Of a stretch of DNA of 64,000 nucleotides, positions 8,431-17,759 are shown piece by piece. The DNA comes from a virus. The stretch is taken from positions 2,968 through 66,967 of IMG/VR virus record IMGVR_UViG_3300032278_000003. One strand, given 5' to 3'. Every line of letters begins with the position of its first letter. The first letter of the stretch is position 1. Both the position numbers and the translations under genes were made by a program. The notes beneath the pieces are model-generated. The model was not told the DNA's origin. It made no database searches and saw nothing but the letters and a program-made list of their open reading frames with translations.

Positions 8431-10314
8431 TTAGATAATGTCCATGTCCAAACATGTAACAGTACCGTAGAAATCACCGCGGACCATCTTCTTGCCGTAG
8501 CGAGTCATGACACCCTTACGTGGGGTGAAGTCCTCTGGCTGGAAGATTGTCGGAGTGACAATCAGCGGTACATACGGAGCGTAGACATAACCTGTCTCCA
8601 AATAGCTACCACCCTTAAAACCAACAAGGATCCTGTTGCGTGGGAAGTATGGGTCCTTGTAAACCGTAAAACGGCTTGTAAGGGTACCAACTGCTTCAGC
8701 ACCGATGCTCATTGGGCTAGCAACTTGACCGTCACTATCGAGGCTCAATGCTGGCTTATAAAGTATGGAAGATTCCAAAACAGTAGCAATCTCAGGGCTG
8801 ACAACTATAAAGTTAGCAGCACCACGAAGAGTGCGACGATGGATCTCGTTAGCAACATCAATGATCGTCTCGATGAGAGTCTCATACCACTCGCGGACCG
8901 TACCTGTAAAAGCAGGTCCGGGTCGTAGTGACGTAGCTCGCGAAACAGCCACACCAGTTCTCTTATTAACGAAGTTACCAGGTGAGCGGCTCCAAAAGTA
9001 GTTAGCTGCCTCAGCGCCATTAAGAAGATCACCAAGGATCTCACGATCAATCTCAAGAGCAACCTGCTCCGAGAGGATCTGAGTGAGCTCAACCTCAGCA
9101 TCTAAGCTGTGATAAGCGTTCAAATCCTGCGCGAGTTCTGGTGACCACTTAGCGCGTAGCTTACGGGTCTCAGCAACAACAGGTACTGACTCAATCTTGA
9201 TATCAATCTCTGGAATAGTGCTCTCTGCAGCAAAGCTAGACTCGAAGGCCGGTGAAACGATAGTCGACATATCAGCTGAATCTGTAGCCGATGGTAAGAC
9301 ATAATCGAATGCAGCATGCTGGTCAGCGCCATCGCTGAAGTCAGCAGAAACAATCTGCGTCGCATCAGTTTCGTGAAGCTTGACAACCATCAATACGTGA
9401 GTATGATCAGCGGCATTGGAAAGTACCTGAGTTGAATCTTTGTCTACCCAAGCTTTAATTAGCCGGTTAAGACGACGAACGTTAAGAATTCCCTCTCCGC
9501 CCTGGACAGCATCTGGTACTTCCACAACACCAGCAATAGCGACCGCGGCAGCAAACAGCGATACTTCTTGGACCATCGTTAAATCCATGCCTGGCAAACA
9601 AGCTTTTGGTACTGCCAATAAAGCATAATTAGCACCAGCTTCTAGTTCAGCAGTAATCTGAGGATCGTGAGAATACCAAGCAGCGTCAGCTGTTGTCAAC
9701 TTAAGAGTATCCACCCGCGCGGTGTTTGTGGCTGCTGTTCCGGGGATAAATAAATTACCGACCGCAAGAGTATCCAAAGTGTCGTTACTGACGGAACCAA
9801 CATTTTTCTTACGCGCTTTTGAATAACCAGTACCGGTTAAGTCGTATTGACCACCAGCTGCTAGCGCTGGTGTGCCAGCTTTAGGATTCGTTGGTGTGCC
9901 GTAGATTGACTCACCCTTATCGTAGGAAGCTTCAGATGCAGTACCATCACCACCGACCGAAGAACCATATGTGTAATCCAGATAGAAAAGCAGACCGGAA
10001 GGAAGGCTCATTGGCTGGATCGAGACAAGCTCGTTAGCAATCAATCCACCGAAAACTCGGCGAACGATCGGGAACGCAATATTTGTGAAACCACGGATAG
10101 ATGAATCACCTACAGTGCCGGCACCGAGACTAGAAGCCTCGCGCAGTGCCTGCCCTGCCTGATTTTCAAGCATAGTGGCCATGTTTTCGCGCTTAACTCC
10201 TTCGAGTCCGCGCAAGAGACCAGTACGGCCCCATTTTTCTAACAGTCGACGATTCGCAGTACCAATATTGCGTGATTTGATACCCTCAGTCAACTGACTC
10301 AATGAAAAACTCAT
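8431..10314 (-). CDS. Major capsid protein (T4 gp23-like, HK97 fold)
   Basis: 627 aa; FPIVRRVFGGLIANELVSIQPMSLPSGLLFYLDY, TRKLRAKWSPELAQDLNAYH, EIDREIL, GYVYAPYVPL and FTPRKGVMTRYG are gp23 signature motifs; AAGGAG SD. Confidence 0.97.
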   Translation of the reverse strand: MSFSLSQLTEGIKSRNIGTANRRLLEKWGRTGLLRGLEGVKRENMATMLENQAGQALREASSLGAGTVGDSSIRGFTNIAFPIVRRVFGGLIANELVSIQPMSLPSGLLFYLDYTYGSSVGGDGTASEASYDKGESIYGTPTNPKAGTPALAAGGQYDLTGTGYSKARKKNVGSVSNDTLDTLAVGNLFIPGTAATNTARVDTLKLTTADAAWYSHDPQITAELEAGANYALLAVPKACLPGMDLTMVQEVSLFAAAVAIAGVVEVPDAVQGGEGILNVRRLNRLIKAWVDKDSTQVLSNAADHTHVLMVVKLHETDATQIVSADFSDGADQHAAFDYVLPSATDSADMSTIVSPAFESSFAAESTIPEIDIKIESVPVVAETRKLRAKWSPELAQDLNAYHSLDAEVELTQILSEQVALEIDREILGDLLNGAEAANYFWSRSPGNFVNKRTGVAVSRATSLRPGPAFTGTVREWYETLIETIIDVANEIHRRTLRGAANFIVVSPEIATVLESSILYKPALSLDSDGQVASPMSIGAEAVGTLTSRFTVYKDPYFPRNRILVGFKGGSYLETGYVYAPYVPLIVTPTIFQPEDFTPRKGVMTRYGKKMVRGDFYGTVTCLDMDII

Positions 10315-10345
10315 TTGTTTTCTCCTTTATTCATTAAATAAGTTG

Positions 10346-12007
10346 TTATTTTCTAATGCCAGCCAAAGTTGCCCATCGTGCTGCCACAGTATCCTCGTTA
10401 ATCGCGGGTGAACCGCTACGAGTTGACTTACTGGCGGACGACAACAGTTTCCGACTACCTGCGGACTCGTTAATCTTACGAGAACGCTTAACTAAAGACT
10501 TTGCAAGTCCCTGGTAAAGGAACTTAGCCTCACGAACGGTCTTGGCATTATCAAGGGCCTCGACTATGGCACGCTGCTGCTTCTGCGTCACATTACGATT
10601 CTGCATCAGTTTATTCACATATAAAAGCTTAGCGTTAAATAAATTCATTTCTTTAAGCTGCTTCTGCAGCTTTCTGTTCTCGGTCTGTAACCGAGCTGTG
10701 CTACGACGGGTGCGGCTGGCAGAATTTCTGCGCTGTGCTCTACCTCGACGACGGCTTTCAACAGTCGGGGTTGGTGCATCACCAAGCTCGTCTGCCAAGG
10801 CATTCAAAAGGTCATCTTCATCAACATCGACAAACATATCACCTTCATCTTCGCCACCACCAAAGTTATCTATAACTCCGGGGTCTACGCCTTCGCCTTC
10901 ACGAAGCTTACGCAATCGACGAATCTCACGGCGAAGGATGTTTTCATCAATCTCGTAAACCTCATCAGTTGCTTCAGCATCATCATCGCCTTCATCGGTG
11001 GCTTCGGCTTCGTCATCGTCGCCTTCGCTAAACCGGTCGAATTCACCGAGGTCGATCTCTTCTTCCTCAGCTTCTTCACCGCCTTCTTCTTCACCTTCTT
11101 CACCTTCACCTTCGGCACCTACCTCGACCTCAAGACCGAGTGCGGCGCCTAAATCTTCAAGCGCGGTAGAGGCGGCATCGACGTCAACGTCTTCAGCAGC
11201 AGCTTCTTCGCCACCACCGAGGTCTTCATCGCCCCCCTCTAATTCTTCATCTTCTTCATATACGTCCATCTCGTTGTACTCGTCTGTTTCATCAATCTCA
11301 AACAAGCGTCGAAAGATAGCACTGCTTCTTCTAGTCATCTCTTTGATCTCCTTTATCATGTTTTTATAAGAAGTAGTTAATTGTTTGTTTGCCCCTTCTT
11401 TAAGGAGCAGCCTCTTCATCAACAAAGCTTCAGAAAGCAAGTCCTGATATGCTTTTTTTATCAGTGTCCGTTGCTTCTCATTAAGCTTATTGAACTGGAG
11501 GCCTTGAAGCATTGCATCCATCCTTTTCGCCTGGCGTCTTATAGAATTAAATGCTTCTTTAAGATTTACTTTACCTGACATTACGGTTGAACGAGTGTTT
11601 TTCCTCAAACCGCGGTTCCGACCGCGACCTTCAGCAACGGAAATATTAACGTCTCCCTGCGCATTTACTGTTACGGATGTATTCTCGACTTCATCATCGT
11701 CATCGGACATCTCATCTTCCAGTGCGGGGGGTTCCAATAATTCGTCTTCGGGCATCGGCGGTGGTCGTGGTTGATCGACTACCGACGGAGGTAATTCTTC
11801 GTCTTCGTCATCAGCCATCATTGCGATATCAATCCCAGTCACTTCATCTTCAACAGGCTCATCTTGCTCTCCCATGATTTGCGCTTCAATTAGCGCTTTA
11901 ATACGAGGAGTTACAGCCTCGATAATCTTGTTCTTGGCGTTTTGTTCCGCCATATCGCGAAGCTGCTTAGCCTCGGCAATCGCCTGTTCATATAGATTAC
12001 TTGACAT
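10346..12007 (-). CDS. Prohead core / scaffold protein (functional analogue of T4 gp22)
   Basis: 553 aa, very acidic with coiled-coil segments and many (I/L)xE motifs; C-terminal NLFNAKLLYVNKL...RWATLAGI; immediately upstream of the MCP. Confidence 0.8.
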   Translation of the reverse strand: MSSNLYEQAIAEAKQLRDMAEQNAKNKIIEAVTPRIKALIEAQIMGEQDEPVEDEVTGIDIAMMADDEDEELPPSVVDQPRPPPMPEDELLEPPALEDEMSDDDDEVENTSVTVNAQGDVNISVAEGRGRNRGLRKNTRSTVMSGKVNLKEAFNSIRRQAKRMDAMLQGLQFNKLNEKQRTLIKKAYQDLLSEALLMKRLLLKEGANKQLTTSYKNMIKEIKEMTRRSSAIFRRLFEIDETDEYNEMDVYEEDEELEGGDEDLGGGEEAAAEDVDVDAASTALEDLGAALGLEVEVGAEGEGEEGEEEGGEEAEEEEIDLGEFDRFSEGDDDEAEATDEGDDDAEATDEVYEIDENILRREIRRLRKLREGEGVDPGVIDNFGGGEDEGDMFVDVDEDDLLNALADELGDAPTPTVESRRRGRAQRRNSASRTRRSTARLQTENRKLQKQLKEMNLFNAKLLYVNKLMQNRNVTQKQQRAIVEALDNAKTVREAKFLYQGLAKSLVKRSRKINESAGSRKLLSSASKSTRSGSPAINEDTVAARWATLAGIRK

Positions 12008-12091
12008 AAAACCACCTATGCTCTACTATACGGTAAATATCGTAAAAAAAACTAAATTTACCATTTCTCAGTTAATTTATTAAAAAATAAG

Positions 12092-12640
12092 TCAACTTTC
12101 GTTGACTCCAAGTATATTTTTGATTATCAGCCTCACTTTTTTGAGAGATAAATCTTCGTCATCGCCTAAATCAAAAAAACTTATTTCATTATCCGCGCCG
12201 ACAGATCGGTGCGGATGACTATATCCTATCGTACTCCCGGTCTGCTGTAAACTGCCAGGAGAATATGCTTTCGGAGAATTCGCTCCGCCACCAACTTGTA
12301 TTCTGTTTTTATATAAACCTGGAATGGGAGATAAACCTTGCACAGAAGCTAATTCTCCAAGTTTCGTATTGCCCGCGACGTAATAAAACGGATCGGTACC
12401 ATTGATAGCTAAAAAATCATTAGCTAAATAACTGTTTACTATTTTTCTAATCTTGCTTTGAATGTCAATTGGAATATCTGACACGTCTACTTCGGCATCA
12501 TCTTCTTCTTGGTATGGATACTGAGATGATTGTTGTTTGGGTTTGTGAAATTTAGAAACTATTTGCCCGTAACCAAGACCCGTCCTACTATTAGGACGAG
12601 CCCCGGGGGCATAGTCTCCAGTAGATGCTGGTATTGACAT
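12092..12640 (-). CDS. Hypothetical head-module protein
   Basis: 182-aa Gly/Pro-rich ORF ending in ILGVNES, located in the head gene block. Confidence 0.6.
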   Translation of the reverse strand: MSIPASTGDYAPGARPNSRTGLGYGQIVSKFHKPKQQSSQYPYQEEDDAEVDVSDIPIDIQSKIRKIVNSYLANDFLAINGTDPFYYVAGNTKLGELASVQGLSPIPGLYKNRIQVGGGANSPKAYSPGSLQQTGSTIGYSHPHRSVGADNEISFFDLGDDEDLSLKKVRLIIKNILGVNES

Positions 12641-12645
12641 CTAGA

Positions 12646-13122
12646 TTACTTACCGATTGATTTCCCCAGCTCGTAATCACCAAGCGTGTGACGAGCTTGT
12701 TTTTCCGAGGTAGCTTTTGGATTCGTCAAAGCACCGACACCGACTCCGGGCGTATCGTTTGCTGTTTGGCCGAAACCATCTGGGGGATCTGGTTGGTCTG
12801 ATGGATCGACAGATCCTGCGCCTGGGGATGATGGGTTAGGAACGTAAGGGCTGGCTGGTAAACCGCCGCCGCCGGTAGCTACTTCAGACATGTCTGGCGA
12901 GTCTGAATAATCTCTATTGAACATCCCAAAAGTGTGTCCTTCATCGTTGACTGTTCCGTCAAGAACTTTTTCTTGAAAATCTGCTCGGACTTCATCGTCT
13001 TTCATCTCCAATAAAGGCGAACCGGGAAAGCACGCTTTTAATGACAGATCATCTCGAGAACCCAAAGATCTTGATCTGGGTTCACCTTTAATTTCTACAA
13101 CACCTTGTGTGTGAGTTGGCAT
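12646..13122 (-). CDS. Hypothetical Pro/Gly-rich head-module protein
   Basis: 158-aa ORF with AGGAG SD, tightly packed between head genes. Confidence 0.65.
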   Translation of the reverse strand: MPTHTQGVVEIKGEPRSRSLGSRDDLSLKACFPGSPLLEMKDDEVRADFQEKVLDGTVNDEGHTFGMFNRDYSDSPDMSEVATGGGGLPASPYVPNPSSPGAGSVDPSDQPDPPDGFGQTANDTPGVGVGALTNPKATSEKQARHTLGDYELGKSIGK

Positions 13123-13134
13123 TTAATATATCTC

Positions 13135-13410
13135 CTATTTAGAAAGTTTTTTTAACAAATACTTTTTCTTTCCCACAATCTTCGTAAGAGTCTTTCGAAT
13201 CTTAGATTCAGAAATCTTTAATGCCTTCAAGTGATCTAAGTCTTTCTCTAAAGCACCGGCATAAGAATCAGCATCAACTTCTTCAGCATCAACTTTCGCG
13301 GCGTCTTCTTCACCTTGCTCTAAGGTCTCAGAAATACTAGTTCGCTCTTCTCGAATCATTCGACGAAGAATTCTGGGTGTTAACTTAATTGATTTTCTTG
13401 ACTTTCTCAT
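13135..13410 (-). CDS. Small prohead core-like protein
   Basis: Start reassigned to ATG 13410 (GGAG SD); KLTPRILRRMIREE motif, an acidic middle and a basic coiled-coil tail. Confidence 0.6.
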   Translation of the reverse strand: MRKSRKSIKLTPRILRRMIREERTSISETLEQGEEDAAKVDAEEVDADSYAGALEKDLDHLKALKISESKIRKTLTKIVGKKKYLLKKLSK

Positions 13411-13439
13411 AACGCACTCCAAATAAACTGTTTATATTA

Positions 13440-13847
13440 TTATTTATGCTGCCCAGGCAGTTTCTTTTCAGAAAATGCTAAAGTTGCCCAGTTGCCGGCA
13501 GCGTCTCCGAAGAGATCAGTGGGATCATTTTGATCCACAACTTGAGATATAGCATCTGGAGCAACTGTCCGCGAATTGCTCTCAGCGCTTGTTTGTTCCT
13601 GTAATGTTGTCCTAGCAGTATCAGCAAAAATGCTCTGCATCAGCGGATCATCCGTCATTCCCATAATAGTTTCGGGAATCACATCTTTTTTAACCCTGGG
13701 TTTCTTGCGTCTTGCTGGGGCTCTTTTCGCTGCTACTTTCTTTGATTCTTTAATCTGGTTATTAGCACCAACTAAACCCTCAGCAAGAATCTCTACCAAA
13801 CACTCTTTGACTAAACTCTTCAAAACTGACCTGCTTACTTTAGACAT
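13440..13847 (-). CDS. Small prohead core-like protein
   Basis: 135 aa; LKSLVKECLVEILAEG...IKES motifs typical of protease-processed head proteins; C-terminal NWATLAF resembles the scaffold tail. Confidence 0.6.
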   Translation of the reverse strand: MSKVSRSVLKSLVKECLVEILAEGLVGANNQIKESKKVAAKRAPARRKKPRVKKDVIPETIMGMTDDPLMQSIFADTARTTLQEQTSAESNSRTVAPDAISQVVDQNDPTDLFGDAAGNWATLAFSEKKLPGQHK

Positions 13848-13865
13848 TTATTAATCTTCCTCATG

Positions 13866-14294
13866 TTACGCCGGTGTGACCTTAGCAGAATTGGCGGCGC
13901 CGGCTGCAACATATACATGGTCCACACCCTCAAGAGCTGCAATTGCTGGAAAATCAGAACGCTTCACATTCGTTAACCCAGCCATCACGGTTACATCAGT
14001 CTGTGTATTAGAATCGACATATAAGTCTATACATTTAATCGGTAAAACCATCATTGAATTCTGCGGAATAACCATCCGCATCGCTACAGTACCACCTTGG
14101 ACGTCCGATTGGCTAACTTTAAAAGCAATCCCCACATCTCCGCTGGGGGCTGTTATACAAATCCATTGAGTTACATACGGAAACTCTATTCGTAAATCAG
14201 CCATATCAGCGCCGTGCTGATATACGAATGGGAAACCAGAAGCTTGATATTCTGCTGCATGATTGTGGCTGGGCCGTGGGTGATTAAGAGACAT
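13866..14294 (-). CDS. Hypothetical beta-rich protein (possible head decoration)
   Basis: 142-aa ORF coupled to the protease stop (TAATG overlap); alternating hydrophobic pattern. Confidence 0.6.
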   Translation of the reverse strand: MSLNHPRPSHNHAAEYQASGFPFVYQHGADMADLRIEFPYVTQWICITAPSGDVGIAFKVSQSDVQGGTVAMRMVIPQNSMMVLPIKCIDLYVDSNTQTDVTVMAGLTNVKRSDFPAIAALEGVDHVYVAAGAANSAKVTPA

Positions 14295-14902
14295 TACTCA
14301 TCCTCCCAAGATAAGATATCATTGAATACCCTATCTATTCTGTCTGATTTGTTAAAAAATGTATCTAGCTCTGACTCGTTTATCTCTTTGCCCTCGCTCA
14401 TCATGAAGGCTCCCGGTGTTGAGGGTTCAGAGACAAAATCCCAACATATCAGTTGAAAATCATCCTGAACGACCTGATGGTCACCATCCTTTTTAGTGGA
14501 ACCGACACCACGAGAAGAGATACCGAGGGTTATGCCAGATTCGACGAGGCTTTGAAGAATCTTTCCAGCGGGTGTGTCTAACAACTCTACCGAGCCATAA
14601 ACGGTATCTTCTTCCATGTAAGCTTCCCTAACGATGTGGGAAGCGTTCTTTAGCTCTACAACACTACTGTCAGGGTGGTCGCACTCTCCAAGAGCTCTGT
14701 TCTCTTGAATAAACTTCTGGTAATTCCTGATCTCTCTTTCCAGAATCGGTTTTGGATATATCCGACCGTTCTGATTTAAAGTACCCGATTTTTGTAAAAT
14801 ACCTTTTAATACTACTTTTCCATCGTTCTCTAGCCGGGATTCACTGATCGCATCTTTTGAATACTCGAACTGAGACCAGTTTGTTAATAATTTTCTGCTC
14901 AT
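14294..14902 (-). CDS. Prohead maturation protease (T4 gp21-like)
   Basis: NQNGRIYP, ALGECDHP, GISSRGVGS and WDFVSEPSTPGA match the gp21 catalytic His/Ser motifs. Confidence 0.96.
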   Translation of the reverse strand: MSRKLLTNWSQFEYSKDAISESRLENDGKVVLKGILQKSGTLNQNGRIYPKPILEREIRNYQKFIQENRALGECDHPDSSVVELKNASHIVREAYMEEDTVYGSVELLDTPAGKILQSLVESGITLGISSRGVGSTKKDGDHQVVQDDFQLICWDFVSEPSTPGAFMMSEGKEINESELDTFFNKSDRIDRVFNDILSWEDE

Positions 14903-14903
14903 T

Positions 14904-15737
14904 TTAACTCCTTAACTCGTTACTTAACTTCATAACAGTCAGATACCTGGAAACTATTGAATCATCGATGTTTTCCGTCGGTAAAGATCTTACTTTCTCG
15001 GAAACTAAACTGATCTTTGATTTAATAATATCGCTATTGCAAGACATGGCGTAATCTGTAAGGTCTTCCAAGCAAGAAGATTTCCTGTTTTCGAATATCT
15101 TTGTTATTTTTTTATCTTCGCCGATGGCAAACACGTAATCTTTTAAGAGGTGGGCCTGCTCGGGCAATAATTCTTTAGAAAAAGAACTGTTAAAACTCTT
15201 AGTCATAATGCTAACTGTTAAATTGTCAACATCTTCAGTCTTCAGCTCTTTTATATCAGCGGTATTTTTTTCAAGAATTAACCAGTTGTGAAGCTTCGCT
15301 TCGTAAATGGCTTGAGAATCTATATCGGATTCGCTTGATCTCCAGCTGTCTAGCAACCTTTGGATCGTCGCTAAAGTCTTGTAGCTACCGACCCTTTGCT
15401 TGTAAAAGCTCGGATCGTTAAAAGAATAATTGATCTCATGAATCAACGAAGATTTTTCTTTATACAGTTTTTCAGCATTAAAATTAGTAGCGGCAATTTT
15501 AGCTTCACCGATTATCCTAGTTGCCAAACTCTCGGATGGCATCGTGGTTGAATACAGAGCGTTGAACAGCTTATACTCACGGTAAAGCTCAGTACCTTGA
15601 CTAAAATATTTATTAGTTATCTTAAAAACTTTGGAAACTTTTTCTTGATCGTTATCGACCAATGATCTTGAAGCATACTTTGCTAGTTGCTCAAATATTA
15701 TACCAACGTTTCTCTTCTTGTTGTGACTTTTAGACAT
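14904..15737 (-). CDS. Hypothetical helical protein between portal and protease
   Basis: Likely start at ATG 15737 (MSKSHNKKRNVGIIFEQL, GAAGGGA upstream), which avoids overlap with the portal gene. Confidence 0.7.
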   Translation of the reverse strand: MSKSHNKKRNVGIIFEQLAKYASRSLVDNDQEKVSKVFKITNKYFSQGTELYREYKLFNALYSTTMPSESLATRIIGEAKIAATNFNAEKLYKEKSSLIHEINYSFNDPSFYKQRVGSYKTLATIQRLLDSWRSSESDIDSQAIYEAKLHNWLILEKNTADIKELKTEDVDNLTVSIMTKSFNSSFSKELLPEQAHLLKDYVFAIGEDKKITKIFENRKSSCLEDLTDYAMSCNSDIIKSKISLVSEKVRSLPTENIDDSIVSRYLTVMKLSNELRS

Positions 15738-15756
15738 CTTTATCCCTTCGTCAAAT

Positions 15757-17709
15757 TTAACTCGAACCCTCTTCTTCATCGGGTTCATTAGAATCGCTTG
15801 ACTCATTTAAAATAGACTTTTTACTATTAAGTAAACCAGACTTTTCGATATTTCTCAAAACATTTAAAATATCATTCGACATAACGGGCGCTGAGCCAAC
15901 GCTATTATCGATATCTCTCTCGAAAGCTTCAAACGATGTAAGCCTCTGGCTTCCGTACGGCTGCCGCATTGAATCTTGTTTACGTTTATTCATCGTCATG
16001 TTACCGAAATTGGGCATGTGATAAGAAGCAGCTGTTTTCTTGCTAGAGCTAGGCTTCATTTCCTGGCCCCAGACATTTTTAATTTTCGCTTGAGCCTTCA
16101 AGGGCGCATCATCGTCATCCATCGAAAGCAATAAATCGTCTTCTTCATCATCGTCATCGTCTTCATCAATTTCGTTAAAACTAGATGGGTTATCTGACGG
16201 TTCTATTGGGACTCCATCAAGCAATTTTTCATCATTGCCCTGATCAACGGCGAAGAGGCCGCCTCCCTCTTCTTCTCCCCCAGCTTCTTCTCCGCCAGCT
16301 TCTCCGCCAGCTTCACCGCCAGATGCTTCAACCTCAGCATCATCCAGTTTATCTTGTTTCAGACCCTCCATGACTCCTTCGATTTCATCATCGGTAAGAC
16401 CAAGAACATTCTTTCTAACCCACCCCTTGTCAAGCATTCCCTCTGGAACTTTACCGGCGATATCAAACCGCTGGCTAATCAACTCAAGTTTCTGTAACTG
16501 AGCTACGGAGGATGGGTTTGACAACCTCAAATCAAAATCTATGAGCTCTTCAGCGTCATACCCGTGAGAGTACAAGTGAATCATCGCAAGCTTATTCAAC
16601 TCAGAGATTACTGTTTTTTGAACTCTTTGGATAGTTCTAGAAAACCTGATATCTTCTTGCGCTAGTGTTGCTTTAGAACCGATGTCTTCGTCATACCCGA
16701 GATACGCCTTTGGTATCTTTATTGCTGCAAATAATTTCTTCTGGATATACTCTACGTCCTCTATCGCTGTGGCATTCGTACCTCCAGCTAGCGTATCAAT
16801 CTTAGTACCGGTATCACCGCCTCGGACTGGAATGTAATAATCTTCATCGACAGCCATCGGGTTATATCTCAAATCAGCTTGACCGGTTGTTGAGCTAGTG
16901 ATAGTGCTCTTTTTAAGAGCTGATTTTGCTTGCTCTATGTAATTAGGGACGTCTTCCGGGGGCACATTACCAACATCGATATAAAACACTCGTCTCTCTG
17001 GGGCACGTATTATACGATAAACCAGCATCGCATCTTCTATGAGGATCAACTGTCGCCAGATTCGACGAGCAGATTCTAAAATTGAAGTTCCGTAAGGAAG
17101 AAAAGAATCGTTTCCCAATAACCGGAAATGAGAAATTTGCCAGTTCTCTAAAATCGTGTTGCCCTGAGTCGCCCACCGGAACCTTACTGCAGCTGGGTTA
17201 TCGGGATCAAACCCTTCTTCTCTCTCAATTTCGCTAATCGGAACTGGGTAAGCGTTAATCACACCGAACTCTGGGTGGACGTCGTTAAAAAGAAAGAAAT
17301 CACCGTATTTACAAAGATTCCTGACCCACATAACTAAATTAAACTCAATGTTTAACGTATCGTGAAAAAGAGTGTTCAAAAGCTCTTGTTTTTGAGCATC
17401 GTCAGAGTAAATATGCAAAACTCGGCTGTGTTCATCGGGAGACACTGTTTCTTCAGCATATATGTCTAACGCTGATGCTAACTCTGGTGTAGCTTCCATT
17501 TCACTGAAATCACTGTACCTAGCCATCCGGTCAAAAGAGCCATAAGCGCTTAAAGTAGAGTTATAGACATCGCTATGAGCTCTTTTAAACAGTTCGACCG
17601 CAGAGGATCTTCCGGAACCCGCAGAAGATTTGACTTTCCGCTTAACTACCGGACCTGTTCTAAATATTCTTGTCAGCCTATTAAAAAGACTTTCTGATTT
17701 TTCAGCCAT
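15757..17709 (-). CDS. Portal vertex protein (T4 gp20-like) with acidic C-terminal extension
   Basis: QLILIEDAMLVYRIIRAPERRVFYIDVGNVP, EDYYIPVRGG...IDTLAGG and DVEYIQKKLFAAIKIP match the gp20 signature. Confidence 0.96.
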   Translation of the reverse strand: MAEKSESLFNRLTRIFRTGPVVKRKVKSSAGSGRSSAVELFKRAHSDVYNSTLSAYGSFDRMARYSDFSEMEATPELASALDIYAEETVSPDEHSRVLHIYSDDAQKQELLNTLFHDTLNIEFNLVMWVRNLCKYGDFFLFNDVHPEFGVINAYPVPISEIEREEGFDPDNPAAVRFRWATQGNTILENWQISHFRLLGNDSFLPYGTSILESARRIWRQLILIEDAMLVYRIIRAPERRVFYIDVGNVPPEDVPNYIEQAKSALKKSTITSSTTGQADLRYNPMAVDEDYYIPVRGGDTGTKIDTLAGGTNATAIEDVEYIQKKLFAAIKIPKAYLGYDEDIGSKATLAQEDIRFSRTIQRVQKTVISELNKLAMIHLYSHGYDAEELIDFDLRLSNPSSVAQLQKLELISQRFDIAGKVPEGMLDKGWVRKNVLGLTDDEIEGVMEGLKQDKLDDAEVEASGGEAGGEAGGEEAGGEEEGGGLFAVDQGNDEKLLDGVPIEPSDNPSSFNEIDEDDDDDEEDDLLLSMDDDDAPLKAQAKIKNVWGQEMKPSSSKKTAASYHMPNFGNMTMNKRKQDSMRQPYGSQRLTSFEAFERDIDNSVGSAPVMSNDILNVLRNIEKSGLLNSKKSILNESSDSNEPDEEEGSS

Positions 17710-17759
17710 CTTATTACCAATCTCATTATTATAATATTAGAATTATAACTTCATTAAAA

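Noticed and set aside
14904-15806. ORF-track starts at 15806, 6291, 13422 and 45904
   Set aside because: Downstream starts (15737, 6258, 13410, 45883) have proper SD spacing, avoid overlaps and, for 6258, match the paralog N-terminus.
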